From sequence record ON045001.1: 53,089 nucleotides of DNA; one strand, 5' to 3'. The DNA comes from Klebsiella phage vB_KpnS_SXFY507. The translations under genes were made by a program, and so were the position numbers. Under the pieces are notes generated by a model that worked only from the letters and a program-made list of their open reading frames with translations, was not told the DNA's origin and searched no databases. Positions 29,101 to 38,529 of the stretch are shown one piece after another; the first letter of the stretch is position 1, and the number at the start of each line of letters is the position of its first letter.

Positions 29101-32100
29101 CAAAGACGATGCAAAGAAAGCAAGCGAAGCAGCGGCGGCGGCGGGAGATAAAGCAGGGCAGGCGATTGATGATGCGCAAGGGGCGCTAAACGAATCAATC
29201 AAGAACGCCGGAAATATCGACGCGCTAGGCAATGCCGTTATAGAAAACGCACAAAGCCAAAGCGAGATGTACATACACTTTGAAAAGGAGAATGGAGACA
29301 GAAAAGCAGAATACGATCAGGCTGTAACGATGGTTGTTAACGAGTCGGAAGCCAGGGTTGAACAAGTTGAACGCCTCCGGGTTGAAATGGGAGACAGCAT
29401 TACCGCCAGCAACACGGAACTGAAGCAGGCGATCGCGACCGAAACGGAAGCGAGAGCAACGCAGATGAACCAGCTAACGGCTACCATGAATGAGAAATTC
29501 ACGGCTACCGATAAGCAGTGGCGGGAGGCGGTAGCCAGCGAAGAGCAGGCCAGGGTTTCAGCAATTGGCGAAATGAAGGCGCAAGTTGATAAGGACATTG
29601 CAGCGACAAGCAAGACGCTAACCGAAGCAATCGCAACCGAAACCGAAGCAAGGATTCAGGCCATTAACGAGCTTGAAGCTAAGATCGGCGACGGCATAGA
29701 GGCTGACTTGACAGAGGTCAAGAAGGCGATAGCAACGGAAACGGAAGCGCGCGTTGAAGGTGATAGACGCCTTGAGGCTAAGTTTGATAAAGGCTTATCT
29801 GACTCTAACGCCAAGATCACCGCCAACGAGAAAGCCATTGCTGAAGAAGGAAAAGCCAGGGTTGAGCAGTACAACCAGCTTAAGGCAACGGTTGACAGCA
29901 ACAAGAAGGCGACAGATGCAAGCATCACTCAGCTTGATAAGGCGATAGCTACCGAAAAGGAAGCTAGAGTTTCGCAGTACGGAGAGCTTAAGGCTAGCAT
30001 CGAAAAGAACGATAAGGACATTAACGCCAAGGTAGACGCCAGCGTTAAAACGCTAACGGAAGCGATCGCGACAGAAGAGGCGGCAAGGGTTAAGCAGTAC
30101 AATGAACTCAACGCCAAGGTTGACAACAACAAGAAAGCCACGGATGCGGCAATCTCCGAGTTAACCGAAGTAGTCGCCACTGACCGGGAAGCCAGCGCCA
30201 GCAAAATCACAGAGCTAACGGCAAGTGTTAGCGCAGTAGCTGAAGGCGTGGTTGAGAACGCATTAGCCAACGACAAGACAAGCAAGGAGTCGGCAGCGGG
30301 AATTAAGGAGGTAAGAGAGGTAATCGCCAACGAAACCGAAGCGCGAGCGGAGATGATGACTCAGTTACAAACATCATTCGACGCAGAGATCGGGAAGGTT
30401 AACGGCGAGATAACCAATCTAAGCCAGGCTATTAGTGATGAGTCAGGGGCGAGGGTTCAGCAGTACAACGAGCTTAAGGCGAGCATTGAGGGGCAGGATT
30501 TCAAAACAGAATCCTATTACTACTCACTAAGCCAAGCCATAAGCACCGAGGAAGAGTCGCGAGTTAAGCAGTACGAAGAGCTTAACGCAAAACTTGAATC
30601 CGGTCAGGGTGGTACTGATGCCGCAATTAAGAACCTTCAGGAAGCGATCGCAACCGAAGAGAAAGCGAGAGCGCAGGCAGTTAGCGATCTTGATGCCAAC
30701 ATGAAATCGGAGTTTGGCAAAACAAACGCCAACGTTAAAAACGTATCCGACGCGCTGGCAGAAGAGAAGCAGGTTAGAGCGCAGCAGTACACGGAGCTAA
30801 GCGGCAAGATCTCCACAACGGATAAGGAGCTTGCAGCGCAGGTTAAGCGCTTAGATACGGCGATTGTTACGGAAAAGGACGCCAGAACAGAGCAGTACAA
30901 CCAGCTTAAAGCCACGGTTGACGCCAACAAAAAGACGGCTGAAGCCAACTATCAGGAGAACAAAACGGCGATCTCTAACGAGACGCAAGCGAGAGTTAAA
31001 GCAGTAAGCGACCTTGACGCGAGCATGAAATCCGAATTCGGAAAGACTAACGCGAACGTTAAAACGGTATCTGATGCCCTAGCGGAAGAAACCAGAGTTC
31101 GGGCGCAGCAGTACACCGAATTGAACGGCAAGATCACGGCGGCTGGAACGGAAAGCGCCGCGCAGATTAAGCGACTGGATGAGGCAATCGCTGAAGAGAA
31201 GCAGGCCCGCACTACTCAGTACAATGCATTGAATGCTACGATTGAGAAGAACAACAAGGACATTAACACCAAGGTTGATGCCAGCGTTAAGCAGTTAACG
31301 GAGGCGATCGCCACCGAGGAGGCGGCAAGGGTTAAGCAGTACAACGAACTTAAGGCAACGGTTGACAGCAACAAAAAAGCGGTTGACGCTGCAATCACTG
31401 AAATGAACGAAGTGATAGCGACGGAGAAGGAAGCAACCGCCAGCAAGATAACCGACCTTACCGCCAGCATGGGGGCAAATGGAGAGGCGGCGCTTGAAAA
31501 CGCTTTAGCCAACGATCAGGAATCGAAACGCCGTGAGGCGCAATATCGAAACGTGGTTGAGGTTATTGCTAACGAGACTCAATCGCGAGTAACTCAAATG
31601 GAAGAGCTTACAGCGACATTTGTTGCAAGCGACGCAACTACAAACGGAAGGATAACTAACCTTCAGGAGGTGATTACTAACGACAAAGAGGCTAATGCCA
31701 AACAGTTTACGGAGATTGACGCGAAGTTTGAGCGGGCGGATTTTTACGCAAACGCGAACTACTCCAAGTTGAACCAGGCAATAGCTAGTGAAACAGAGGC
31801 GAGAATTAAGCAGTACGAAGAGCTTAAGGCCAGCATCGGAGACGATATCCAGGGCGAGATAAACAACTTGCAGCAGGCCATCGCAGACGAAACGCAAGCC
31901 AGAACACAAGCGATTCAGAACCTTGATTCTAAGTTTAACACTGAGATCGGTAAGACAAACGCCAGCGTTAAAACCGTATCCGATGCACTGGCTACGGAAA
32001 AGAGTTCCACGGCGCAAAGGTTCTCGGATGTTAACGCAAAAGTTGACGGTCTGGAGAAGTCAACTAACGCTTCAGTTAAGCGACTGGATGAGGCAATCGC

Positions 32101-32824
32101 CACGGAAACAGACGCGAGATCGCAGCAGTACACGGGGTTAAGCGCTACTGTTACCAAAAACAATACGGACATTAACAAAAAGGTTGACGACAAGGATGCA
32201 GCTATCAACAAAAAGGTTAATGACAACAACACCGCCATTAACACAAAGGTTGATGCGAACTACAAACAGCTAAACACCGCGATCGCGGATGAAACGCAGG
32301 CCAGGACGCAGGCGATCACAAGGCTGGAATCGTCAATCGGTAGCAACTCGGCGGCGATAGAGCAAAAACTTGATTCGTGGGTTGATGCCAACTCTACGGG
32401 GGCAATGTACGGCGTTAAGCTTGGCATGAAGTATCAAGGTAATTACTACCAAGCCGGGATGAACATGCAGCTAGTCGGGAGCGGGAATCAGATGAAGTCA
32501 CAAATCCTATTCCAGGCTGATCGGTTCGTGATTTTCCCGTACCCGGACAGGGAGGATATAAAAACCATCCCTTTCCTTGTTGATGGTGATCAGGTTTACA
32601 TGCAGAGCGCACTTATCAAGGATGGCTCCATAACTAACGCCAAGATCGGGAACGAAATAAAATCCAACAACTTTGTTTGGGATCAGCAGGGATGGGGGTT
32701 AAGCAAAGAGGGTTGGTTCCAGATGAACGGACAAGCGGGAGGTGGTAGAACGTTGATTAATCAGAATGGAGTTCAGGTTTTCGACGGCAACAATAGATTG
32801 AGGGTTAGATTAGGATTGTGGTAA
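26195..32824 (+). CDS. tail tip / host-specificity protein J-like, 2,209 aa, with a very long repetitive coiled coil
   Basis: GKGGSSTPRQPKEMPDNLISKDRIKLLLAVADGEVE N-terminus; FN3-like segments; about 1,200 aa of AIATExEARVxQYNELKAxVDxNKK-type repeats. Confidence 0.9.
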   Translation: MSKVITAMGKGGSSTPRQPKEMPDNLISKDRIKLLLAVADGEVENDFNLKQLMFGGVPVQNESGEFNYPDVIAEFRPGTQTQDFIQGFTESSSEVTVARDVKANQPYSLTVTNKNLSAIRFRLLWPRVLQQKDNGDMVGSKVEYAFDMAVDGAAFKEVLRDNIDGKNTTGGYDRSIRINLPQDFASQVILRVRRITPDADGVKTVDAFKVQSYAEVIDARFRYPLTALLYVEFDSDLFENNIPTISIKKKWKIIQVPSNYDPIGRTYNGTWNGTFKWAWSNNPAWVLYDLITNQRYGLDQKELGIPVDKWSLYEVAQYCDQKVPDNKGGEEPRYLCDMVVQDQVEAYRLIRDVCSIFRGMSFYNGESISIVVDKPRNPVYLFTNDNVIDGYFGYTFASEKSMYTTVNVMFDDEENAYTQDVEPVYDAVASRRFGHNPTDITAIGCVRRTEANRRGRWIIKTNLRSETVNFATGLQGMIPTCGDVIQVLDAHYQSNFGLILSGRVSEVSGLQVFLPMKTDAKAGDFIIMNKPDGAPVKRTIASVSSDGMTLTLNVGFGFDVAPDAVFAIERTDLAMKLYVVMSISKGSDEEEFQYNISAVEYNPGKYDEIDYGVITDERPTSIVEPDSMPAPQDVTISSFSRVVQGLSLETMVVGWSKVRYASVYEMQWRKDGGNWLNTPRTATTETQVEGIYSGVYEVRVRAINAGGVASPWSDIVAKSLTGKVGKPKAPTGITASDNEVLGIRVKWSMPEGSGDTAYIELHQSPDNNDANSSLLTMVPYPAFEYWHSTLRSGQVVWYKVRAVDRIGNVSDWTKLTRGMATDDVDQIMDTIKIDIQGTEGYKELQKNIFETNERIDEAEQTIAKVDEDAKQGITEAKKDAADAKKRAEEVNTAAQKGINEAKAAAKAADDHATQVGKDATAGLAEANAKTEQVRKDAEQGIAEAKNDAKAAKDEALRVEAKADKGISEAKDDAKKASEAAAAAGDKAGQAIDDAQGALNESIKNAGNIDALGNAVIENAQSQSEMYIHFEKENGDRKAEYDQAVTMVVNESEARVEQVERLRVEMGDSITASNTELKQAIATETEARATQMNQLTATMNEKFTATDKQWREAVASEEQARVSAIGEMKAQVDKDIAATSKTLTEAIATETEARIQAINELEAKIGDGIEADLTEVKKAIATETEARVEGDRRLEAKFDKGLSDSNAKITANEKAIAEEGKARVEQYNQLKATVDSNKKATDASITQLDKAIATEKEARVSQYGELKASIEKNDKDINAKVDASVKTLTEAIATEEAARVKQYNELNAKVDNNKKATDAAISELTEVVATDREASASKITELTASVSAVAEGVVENALANDKTSKESAAGIKEVREVIANETEARAEMMTQLQTSFDAEIGKVNGEITNLSQAISDESGARVQQYNELKASIEGQDFKTESYYYSLSQAISTEEESRVKQYEELNAKLESGQGGTDAAIKNLQEAIATEEKARAQAVSDLDANMKSEFGKTNANVKNVSDALAEEKQVRAQQYTELSGKISTTDKELAAQVKRLDTAIVTEKDARTEQYNQLKATVDANKKTAEANYQENKTAISNETQARVKAVSDLDASMKSEFGKTNANVKTVSDALAEETRVRAQQYTELNGKITAAGTESAAQIKRLDEAIAEEKQARTTQYNALNATIEKNNKDINTKVDASVKQLTEAIATEEAARVKQYNELKATVDSNKKAVDAAITEMNEVIATEKEATASKITDLTASMGANGEAALENALANDQESKRREAQYRNVVEVIANETQSRVTQMEELTATFVASDATTNGRITNLQEVITNDKEANAKQFTEIDAKFERADFYANANYSKLNQAIASETEARIKQYEELKASIGDDIQGEINNLQQAIADETQARTQAIQNLDSKFNTEIGKTNASVKTVSDALATEKSSTAQRFSDVNAKVDGLEKSTNASVKRLDEAIATETDARSQQYTGLSATVTKNNTDINKKVDDKDAAINKKVNDNNTAINTKVDANYKQLNTAIADETQARTQAITRLESSIGSNSAAIEQKLDSWVDANSTGAMYGVKLGMKYQGNYYQAGMNMQLVGSGNQMKSQILFQADRFVIFPYPDREDIKTIPFLVDGDQVYMQSALIKDGSITNAKIGNEIKSNNFVWDQQGWGLSKEGWFQMNGQAGGGRTLINQNGVQVFDGNNRLRVRLGLW
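28660..32340 (+). repeat. degenerate in-frame repeats encoding coiled-coil units within the J-like gene
   Basis: repeated A-I-A-T-E-x-E-A-R-V-x-Q-Y-N-E-L-K-A-like phrases visible in the translation. Confidence 0.8.
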
Positions 32825-32827
32825 TAA

Positions 32828-32853
32828 AAAAGGCTCCCAAACGGGAGCCTTTC
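32828..32853. terminator. bidirectional terminator
   Basis: AAGGCTCCC-AAAC-GGGAGCCTTTC between convergent genes. Confidence 0.8.
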
Positions 32854-32855
32854 TT

Positions 32856-33173
32856 TTATCTGATGAAGAATCGGTTTGGCTGGCGGGCCAACATGTTAGT
32901 TTCGATGCCCCCACGGTTAAACTCAAACTTCACGTTATGGATCTCTTTATCACCGTAACAGATCCGATGAATGTTTTTGTTAATGTGGCGCTTGAAAATA
33001 GGATTGCTCACTGACTGGTAAGAAACCTCGCGACTACCGCAATCAATTACCGCCCCAACGCTACCGCTAAGCGACATTCTCGAAGCATCCACCGGATAAC
33101 CCACGTTAGAATTGAAGGCCATAGCGCTTGATGTAGAGGCGATTAGAGCCATAGCAAAAACGAACTTTTTCAT
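32856..33173 (-). CDS. small secreted/periplasmic protein with signal peptide
   Basis: MKKFVFAMALIASTSSAMA-F signal sequence; encoded opposite to the tail genes. Confidence 0.75.
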   Translation of the reverse strand: MKKFVFAMALIASTSSAMAFNSNVGYPVDASRMSLSGSVGAVIDCGSREVSYQSVSNPIFKRHINKNIHRICYGDKEIHNVKFEFNRGGIETNMLARQPNRFFIR

Positions 33174-33184
33174 ATCATAACTCC

Positions 33185-33841
33185 TTAGTTGTGACCCATG
33201 AACTTAGCATAAGGGATAACCATTTGCCGAGATTCACTAAAAATGCTATTGAAACCCCTTTGCTTTAATTTAGACCATGTAACTTGAACTTCCGTTCCAG
33301 TCCAGCGAATCAGCGCCCCGCTATGCCCTGAAACTATACCATCCGTACTGCATGAACCTATGCAAGCCTCCCATAGTATGAATGGGTTATATCCTGGGTT
33401 TACCGAAAATATGTTATTCTCCAGATCATAACCAGAGTCTATTGCTATGGTTCCAGTAACGCGAGGCATTCTTGATGCACTCTTTGCACTCCAAATCAGC
33501 GTCCCGGAGCCATCGTAAACATCAAGATATCCGCTTTCCGGCCTTATATTTCTGTTAGTCCGAATTATCCTTGCGCTATTTGGCTTGAATAAACTTTCTC
33601 CAGGAAAGGCCCAAGCGCCGGGTTGCGTAAACTGTATCCAGTGAAGAAAACCATCCCTACGTTCTAGATCCGTCCTTGCCGGATACCCAAGGTCAACGAA
33701 GTTTCCAAATTTTGTGCTAAAGTTCCAATCCCCTGTGTATCCCACATCCATGTTATACATGTGATCGAATATCGTGTGTGATTGCTCGGAGCTAATTATT
33801 AGCCCCCCCCACTGATTGTAAGCCTCAAATCCAGCCCCCAT
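33185..33841 (-). CDS. hypothetical protein in the tail-fiber region
   Basis: 218-aa ORF (MGAGFEAYNQWGG...) between the two tail-fiber genes. Confidence 0.7.
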   Translation of the reverse strand: MGAGFEAYNQWGGLIISSEQSHTIFDHMYNMDVGYTGDWNFSTKFGNFVDLGYPARTDLERRDGFLHWIQFTQPGAWAFPGESLFKPNSARIIRTNRNIRPESGYLDVYDGSGTLIWSAKSASRMPRVTGTIAIDSGYDLENNIFSVNPGYNPFILWEACIGSCSTDGIVSGHSGALIRWTGTEVQVTWSKLKQRGFNSIFSESRQMVIPYAKFMGHN

Positions 33842-33863
33842 AATCTACCCCCATACCTCATTG

Positions 33864-34172
33864 TTAGAAAAAAGAATATACTTCCACGTCTATGTTTATC
33901 TCGCCGGAGCGATCGCCGGGAAGATACATAACCTTGAATCCGTTATCCGTTGTTATTGCCGCATACTCAGTATTGATGGAGTTTTGCAAGCTTCCCTCAG
34001 TCCACATGATAGCCGCAAATGAATTTGTACCGTTTATTCCTGGGATGTAAGTAAAAACGTTATTACCGCCGTTTGGTATATGGACTCTATAGCGACCAAC
34101 AAATCTCGTGCTGAAGTCTCCTATGTCAACGACAATGTTTCCGTTTTCATCCCATGCCTGCATACCTTGCAT
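33864..34172 (-). CDS. hypothetical protein, probably related in fold or role to 33185..33841
   Basis: 102-aa ORF MQGMQAWDENGNIVVDIGDFSTRFVG; acts on or near the tail fiber by position only. Confidence 0.65.
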   Translation of the reverse strand: MQGMQAWDENGNIVVDIGDFSTRFVGRYRVHIPNGGNNVFTYIPGINGTNSFAAIMWTEGSLQNSINTEYAAITTDNGFKVMYLPGDRSGEINIDVEVYSFF

Positions 34173-34264
34173 GATGACCCCCTTGATTGGTTAAATTGCA
34201 TTGCCATTATACCATTATGGCGCTATGATACCAGGTGAATATTAACCAGATAGGAGTTTGCATA

Positions 34265-36163
34265 ATGGCAACTTACAAAGTAGGCAAGGTAAAAATCAAT
34301 GGCAATGGCCTGATGACTGGTACGGGAACCAACTGGACGGCGGCAAACGCTCTTGTTCGCGTTGGTGCAACGGTTGTTCTTGCAACTAACCCGGTCAGGA
34401 TTTACACGGTCGGCTCTATCATCTCGGCAACTTCAATCCAGCTATCCGATTGGGGATCTGATGCCGCGATCACGACTGACACAAACTATTCAATTCTGCT
34501 TCACGATGGTTTGACGGTTCAGGGGTTGGCACAAGACACCGCCGAAACGCTCCGTTACTACCGTAACTTTGAGAGCACGCTAGGCGACGCCGCAAAGGCT
34601 ACGATCGGCGAGGCTCCAGGTAACGTGATGAAGGTCGGAGCGTTTGGTTTGGGTGTAAATAAACCTGGCGGGACAATTGCGAGCACTACATACCCATCGG
34701 CTAACGCGCTTTTTAAAGCCTTGATGGATGCTGGTTGCGGATGGTGGAGGAGTCCGGGTTCAAGTGCGAACGGGATATTCGGGCATGGGTCAAGCTATTT
34801 TTCATACGTTAGCGACACATGTTCAGCGATAAACGTAGCCTATGAAACAGGTCGGGTTATTGTTCTTGCATCAAACAGAGCGAAAATTAACAACGGCGAC
34901 CAGCCAGCAAGAAACGTTCTTTATGGCTCAGCTAACCCGCCTGATCTTAACAATGAAACTCGCGGCGTGCTTAACATGGCAAACGGGGGAACCGGATCGA
35001 CTAATGCCAGCGACGCAAGGCTTGCGTTTGGCCTTAGAATGATAGATGTTCCATCCAACACATCGGGCGCTGTGCGATGCATCAAGATCGCCTCTATAAG
35101 AACTCCTGGTGCTGCTGGCTCATTTGCATCCATGTCAATTTACGGCGGATCTGGAATCGGAAGCGGCCCGCGAGTTAATATTGACACGGTTATAATTTCA
35201 GGTCGAAACTCAGGCAACGAGAACAACCCGCTAGGTGATGTTTCTATCCTTCACCGCTGCTTAAGGGCTGGAAATGATACACTAAAATTTGGCTTAGTGA
35301 AAACCGGAGCGGGTCAATATGACGTTTACATGAAAGTGATGGGTTATGTTCAGGGTTTGAGGATTGTTGTTGATACTATACTATCTCAAAACTTCATTGA
35401 TGGCCCGGTTTACACTGGTTCTTTTGGTTCAATCGGTTACGTGAACGAATCCGAGATACCAACCCCGGCGGGCAACATTGGGTGGGCTAACACTTACGAT
35501 ATTGTTAACCAGTATAATAGGGATATCGCCCAAGAGTTTAGCGAGGTTACGATAAACAGAGCAAGCACGAATGATAACGAGGCCAGGTTACTTTTTAACT
35601 TTGGCAAAACAGATTCAAGGGGCGCGGAGCTTAGATCGACGTATACAAACGGTAATATTGTTCTTGCGACTGGTCACAACGGAGCATCCTCTCCAGTTTT
35701 TGGGGAAATATACCTAAGAACGGCGGGCAATACAAACTCAACCGGGCAATTCAAATTTGACAGGGAAGGAAGCGCAACAGCGACAGGTGGTCAGTGGAAA
35801 AACTCTTCAGATATTAGGCTGAAGCGAGATTTCAAGCCGATCTCTTCTCCGCTTGAATCTGTTATGTCATTCCGTGGGGCTACTTACGAAATGAAAGCTA
35901 GCGGGGTTAGAGCGATTGGTGTTATAGCTCAGGATATCGAGAAACGTTGCCCCGACGCAATCGGCAGAATGGAAATTGAACTTGATGGGGAGGTGATACC
36001 GGATGCAATGAGCGTTGATACGGCTGGCTTTGCTGCGGCGTACAGCGTGCAGGCACTGAAGGAAGTTGTTAAGCTGATGGATTTGATGCTTGAAGATCCT
36101 GAAGCGGCTAGCGCTAGAATCAAGGCGCTGAAGGCCATGATTAACGATGAGTTACCGGAGTAA
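34265..36163 (+). CDS. tail fiber with C-terminal intramolecular chaperone (peptidase S74-like)
   Basis: NSSDIRLKRDFKPISSPLESVMSFRGATYEM...IGVIAQDIEKRCPDAI. Confidence 0.88.
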   Translation: MATYKVGKVKINGNGLMTGTGTNWTAANALVRVGATVVLATNPVRIYTVGSIISATSIQLSDWGSDAAITTDTNYSILLHDGLTVQGLAQDTAETLRYYRNFESTLGDAAKATIGEAPGNVMKVGAFGLGVNKPGGTIASTTYPSANALFKALMDAGCGWWRSPGSSANGIFGHGSSYFSYVSDTCSAINVAYETGRVIVLASNRAKINNGDQPARNVLYGSANPPDLNNETRGVLNMANGGTGSTNASDARLAFGLRMIDVPSNTSGAVRCIKIASIRTPGAAGSFASMSIYGGSGIGSGPRVNIDTVIISGRNSGNENNPLGDVSILHRCLRAGNDTLKFGLVKTGAGQYDVYMKVMGYVQGLRIVVDTILSQNFIDGPVYTGSFGSIGYVNESEIPTPAGNIGWANTYDIVNQYNRDIAQEFSEVTINRASTNDNEARLLFNFGKTDSRGAELRSTYTNGNIVLATGHNGASSPVFGEIYLRTAGNTNSTGQFKFDREGSATATGGQWKNSSDIRLKRDFKPISSPLESVMSFRGATYEMKASGVRAIGVIAQDIEKRCPDAIGRMEIELDGEVIPDAMSVDTAGFAAAYSVQALKEVVKLMDLMLEDPEAASARIKALKAMINDELPE

Positions 36164-36165
36164 AA

Positions 36166-36193
36166 GAAAAGGAGCCGAAAGGCTCCTTTTTTA
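36166..36193. terminator. bidirectional terminator
   Basis: AAAGGAGCC-GAAA-GGCTCCTTTTTT between convergent genes. Confidence 0.85.
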
Positions 36194-36204
36194 TTGGGTG
36201 AATA

Positions 36205-36642
36205 TTAGAATGGGATATCGTCGTCAAAGTCCATCGACTGATTACCTTGCGCCTGCTGGCGTTGCGGTTGCTGATTGCCTTGCGGTTGTTGAGGCTGACC
36301 CCATCCGCCGCCCTGCTGCGACTGCCCGCCGCCCTGGCTCATCGACACAACCTCGCGAGCGATGATGACAGGCATTGATTTTTGTACGCCGTCCTTTTCC
36401 CACGTTTCAAGAACGAATTCGCCGGACACAACAACCAGAGAACCTTTCTTTACTGTCTGCTCCAGAACCTTACAGAATCCTTCGCTTAAAACCTTCACGG
36501 TTAACCAGGAAGTCTTTTTGTAGTCGCCGTAACCCTGAACTGCCGCGATGCTGAAAGAGCCGATTTGCTTACCGTTGCCAGTGGTTCGGATCTCGAAATC
36601 TTTCCCGGCGTTGCCTGATACGGTGATGTTGTTGATAGCCAT
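36205..36642 (-). CDS. ssb: single-stranded DNA-binding protein
   Basis: OB-fold sequence with Gln/Gly-rich linker and C-terminal acidic tip MDFDDDIPF. Confidence 0.93.
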   Translation of the reverse strand: MAINNITVSGNAGKDFEIRTTGNGKQIGSFSIAAVQGYGDYKKTSWLTVKVLSEGFCKVLEQTVKKGSLVVVSGEFVLETWEKDGVQKSMPVIIAREVVSMSQGGGQSQQGGGWGQPQQPQGNQQPQRQQAQGNQSMDFDDDIPF

Positions 36643-36663
36643 AATTTAGTTTCCTATAGGTAA

Positions 36664-36688
36664 TAAAAAACGGGCCGAAGCCCGTTAT
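36664..36688 (-). terminator. rho-independent terminator
   Basis: on the - strand: AACGGGC-TTC-GGCCCGTTTTTTATTA. Confidence 0.75.
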
Positions 36689-36704
36689 TGGATTGTTGCC
36701 GATA

Positions 36705-37382
36705 CTAGAACTGACTAATATCTTGCGCTTCAGGTTTGGATTTTACATCATCCTTTGCTTCATTGTCCACTGGTTGAGCAACGGCTTGTGGTTTATTTGG
36801 CTTAAAACCCTTTGCTTTGCCGATCGTAATTTCAGCCTTGCGCTTTTCATAGTGATCTTGGATGATTTTCTTGCTCGCTGCATCACTGCTTACCCATGCG
36901 GATTTAAGCGTTGCCTGCAACTCTTCCGTTGTTTCGCACTTATCAAGATCCTTTTTCCAGTCCGCCGCAGACTTAACAGCAATTTGTGCGTCGTCATCCG
37001 CCTGACTTAAGCCAAAGATACCGCAAAGGGCATAACGGCGCGCATAGGTGAATGCGGAACCAACGCCTTGAGCGTCACGCTTTGCGATAGGGATCGTGAA
37101 GTAGTAGCAACGATACTCGCCGGATGAGTGAATCAATTCGGTTACGATGTGCATAACTTCGGCGGTACTTCCTTGTAACATGGATTGCTCAACGATAAGA
37201 TCGTTATCGGTGAGGGCCGGGGTAATCGCATCAAGTACACTATCAAGCGTCGCATACTTGTTTTTTAAGTGGGTATTCGTTCGATCCTTTTTGACCTTAA
37301 CGAACTTACCGCGAGCGGAAATTAGAGCCGCTAAAACTTTAGACTGAGATTCGGAGCGATCGATATTGATTACGTTTTCCAT
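36705..37382 (-). CDS. ERF-family single-strand annealing recombinase
   Basis: [23 protein letters not shown]...[27 protein letters not shown]; start trimmed to 37382 because the candidate -10 (37411-37416) lies at the 37412 start. Confidence 0.88.
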   Translation of the reverse strand: MENVINIDRSESQSKVLAALISARGKFVKVKKDRTNTHLKNKYATLDSVLDAITPALTDNDLIVEQSMLQGSTAEVMHIVTELIHSSGEYRCYYFTIPIAKRDAQGVGSAFTYARRYALCGIFGLSQADDDAQIAVKSAADWKKDLDKCETTEELQATLKSAWVSSDAASKKIIQDHYEKRKAEITIGKAKGFKPNKPQAVAQPVDNEAKDDVKSKPEAQDISQF

Positions 37383-37436
37383 GATGTTTCTCTCTGATTG
37401 GTGGAAGGCCACTATATCACAAGCGGCCTGTTAATG

Positions 37437-38459
37437 TTAAATGTTTTTATAAACTTGCGGGAACTGACGCTTAACCCATTCCGGCGTATTTAATGTAACC
37501 TCACTTTCGCCTCCAGCATATGAAGGCCATGTGTCATGCTCGACGCACATTCTGTATTGATGTATCACGCTCATATACTGAATTCGACCTACGGCTAATT
37601 GCTGGTCGTCAAGACGAAACGCCATAGGCAAGTAAGGCTCTTTCTTCTCTTGCGCCAGAAGGCGGACAATTACGGGCCTTGTTTCCTCGTAAACCTTGAT
37701 GAACAGGTCGCGCTGCAATGCCATTTTCAAATAATAGCCGTGGTTGAATGCCAGGCGATCGAATTCATTCGGGTTGGCGCTTTGCGTTGTTTTGTAGTCA
37801 GTGATAACGACAACTTCCGTTGGGATGCCGTCAATCTCTATCGTAACAACGTCAACATGATCGAGTCTAACCTTTACCTTAACGCCGTGAATCTCGCCGA
37901 ATAATGATAGCTCACGCTGAGCGGTTGGGGAGTTCATGCAGGCGTTATGGTTCGCTTCATTCTCCAGGACTCCGCGCATTGCTACGCACGCATCATAATC
38001 CTTTGCTTCGATTAGCTCCACGCCATCGGCTACAGCTTGCGATTGTTCGATTAATCCAATCAGGTAGAGGATGTTTAATTCCTCTCCGCAATCGGCGTAC
38101 ATCTTCAGCAATTCGGGCCACTGCTTACCGCTAGTCCCGATGATGCCGAATGATTTAAGCTTTGCCGCAACCGCCGTTTGGCTGGTGAGAACGTTCTTGA
38201 TCTCTTCTGGCGGAGTGGCGCGGCGATAAGTTGCCTTGAATAGCTCACTGCTTTCAAAGTTGGTGTGAGATTGAGTACCGAAGATTAAAGGCTTGCTATC
38301 GGTATTCTTGCTCTCGAACCTCCAGGCGGCTGGACAGGTGGCATAAATCTTAGCCAAGCTTGAGCCGGATACGTACTCCGCGCACCATGATTTAGGATCG
38401 TGATAAGCGTCGTTACTTAGCTCGGCGTTGGTGAACGCCTTGAAAACTGATTCTTTCAT
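37437..38459 (-). CDS. PD-(D/E)XK exonuclease, RecE-like (DUF3799-like)
   Basis: FGTQSHTNFES...VKVRLDHVD...VVVITDYKTTQSAN. Confidence 0.82.
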   Translation of the reverse strand: MKESVFKAFTNAELSNDAYHDPKSWCAEYVSGSSLAKIYATCPAAWRFESKNTDSKPLIFGTQSHTNFESSELFKATYRRATPPEEIKNVLTSQTAVAAKLKSFGIIGTSGKQWPELLKMYADCGEELNILYLIGLIEQSQAVADGVELIEAKDYDACVAMRGVLENEANHNACMNSPTAQRELSLFGEIHGVKVKVRLDHVDVVTIEIDGIPTEVVVITDYKTTQSANPNEFDRLAFNHGYYLKMALQRDLFIKVYEETRPVIVRLLAQEKKEPYLPMAFRLDDQQLAVGRIQYMSVIHQYRMCVEHDTWPSYAGGESEVTLNTPEWVKRQFPQVYKNI

Positions 38460-38487
38460 CTCTTATTCCTCTTTGGTTGATGCGGGG

Positions 38488-38529
38488 ATTCTACCAAAAC
38501 CCGCGCCATTATTTTAGCTTTTCGTGCTA
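38488..38529 (-). promoter_or_regulatory. early-type promoter module for 38459: box 38515-38529 (TAGCA-CGAAA-AGCTA on -), 21 bp, TAGAAT
   Basis: same architecture on the - strand; GCGGG/CCCGC dyad. Confidence 0.6.

Noticed and set aside
28699-32244. Many long - strand ORFs (for example 28699..29274, 29929..30330, 31505..32017) inside the J-like gene
   Set aside because: They are antisense shadows of a highly biased repetitive coding sequence. Their Leu/Ser/Ala-rich translations show no domain and no consistent ribosome sites.
36693-37010. [24 protein letters not shown]...
   Set aside because: Antisense to the well-supported ERF-family gene.
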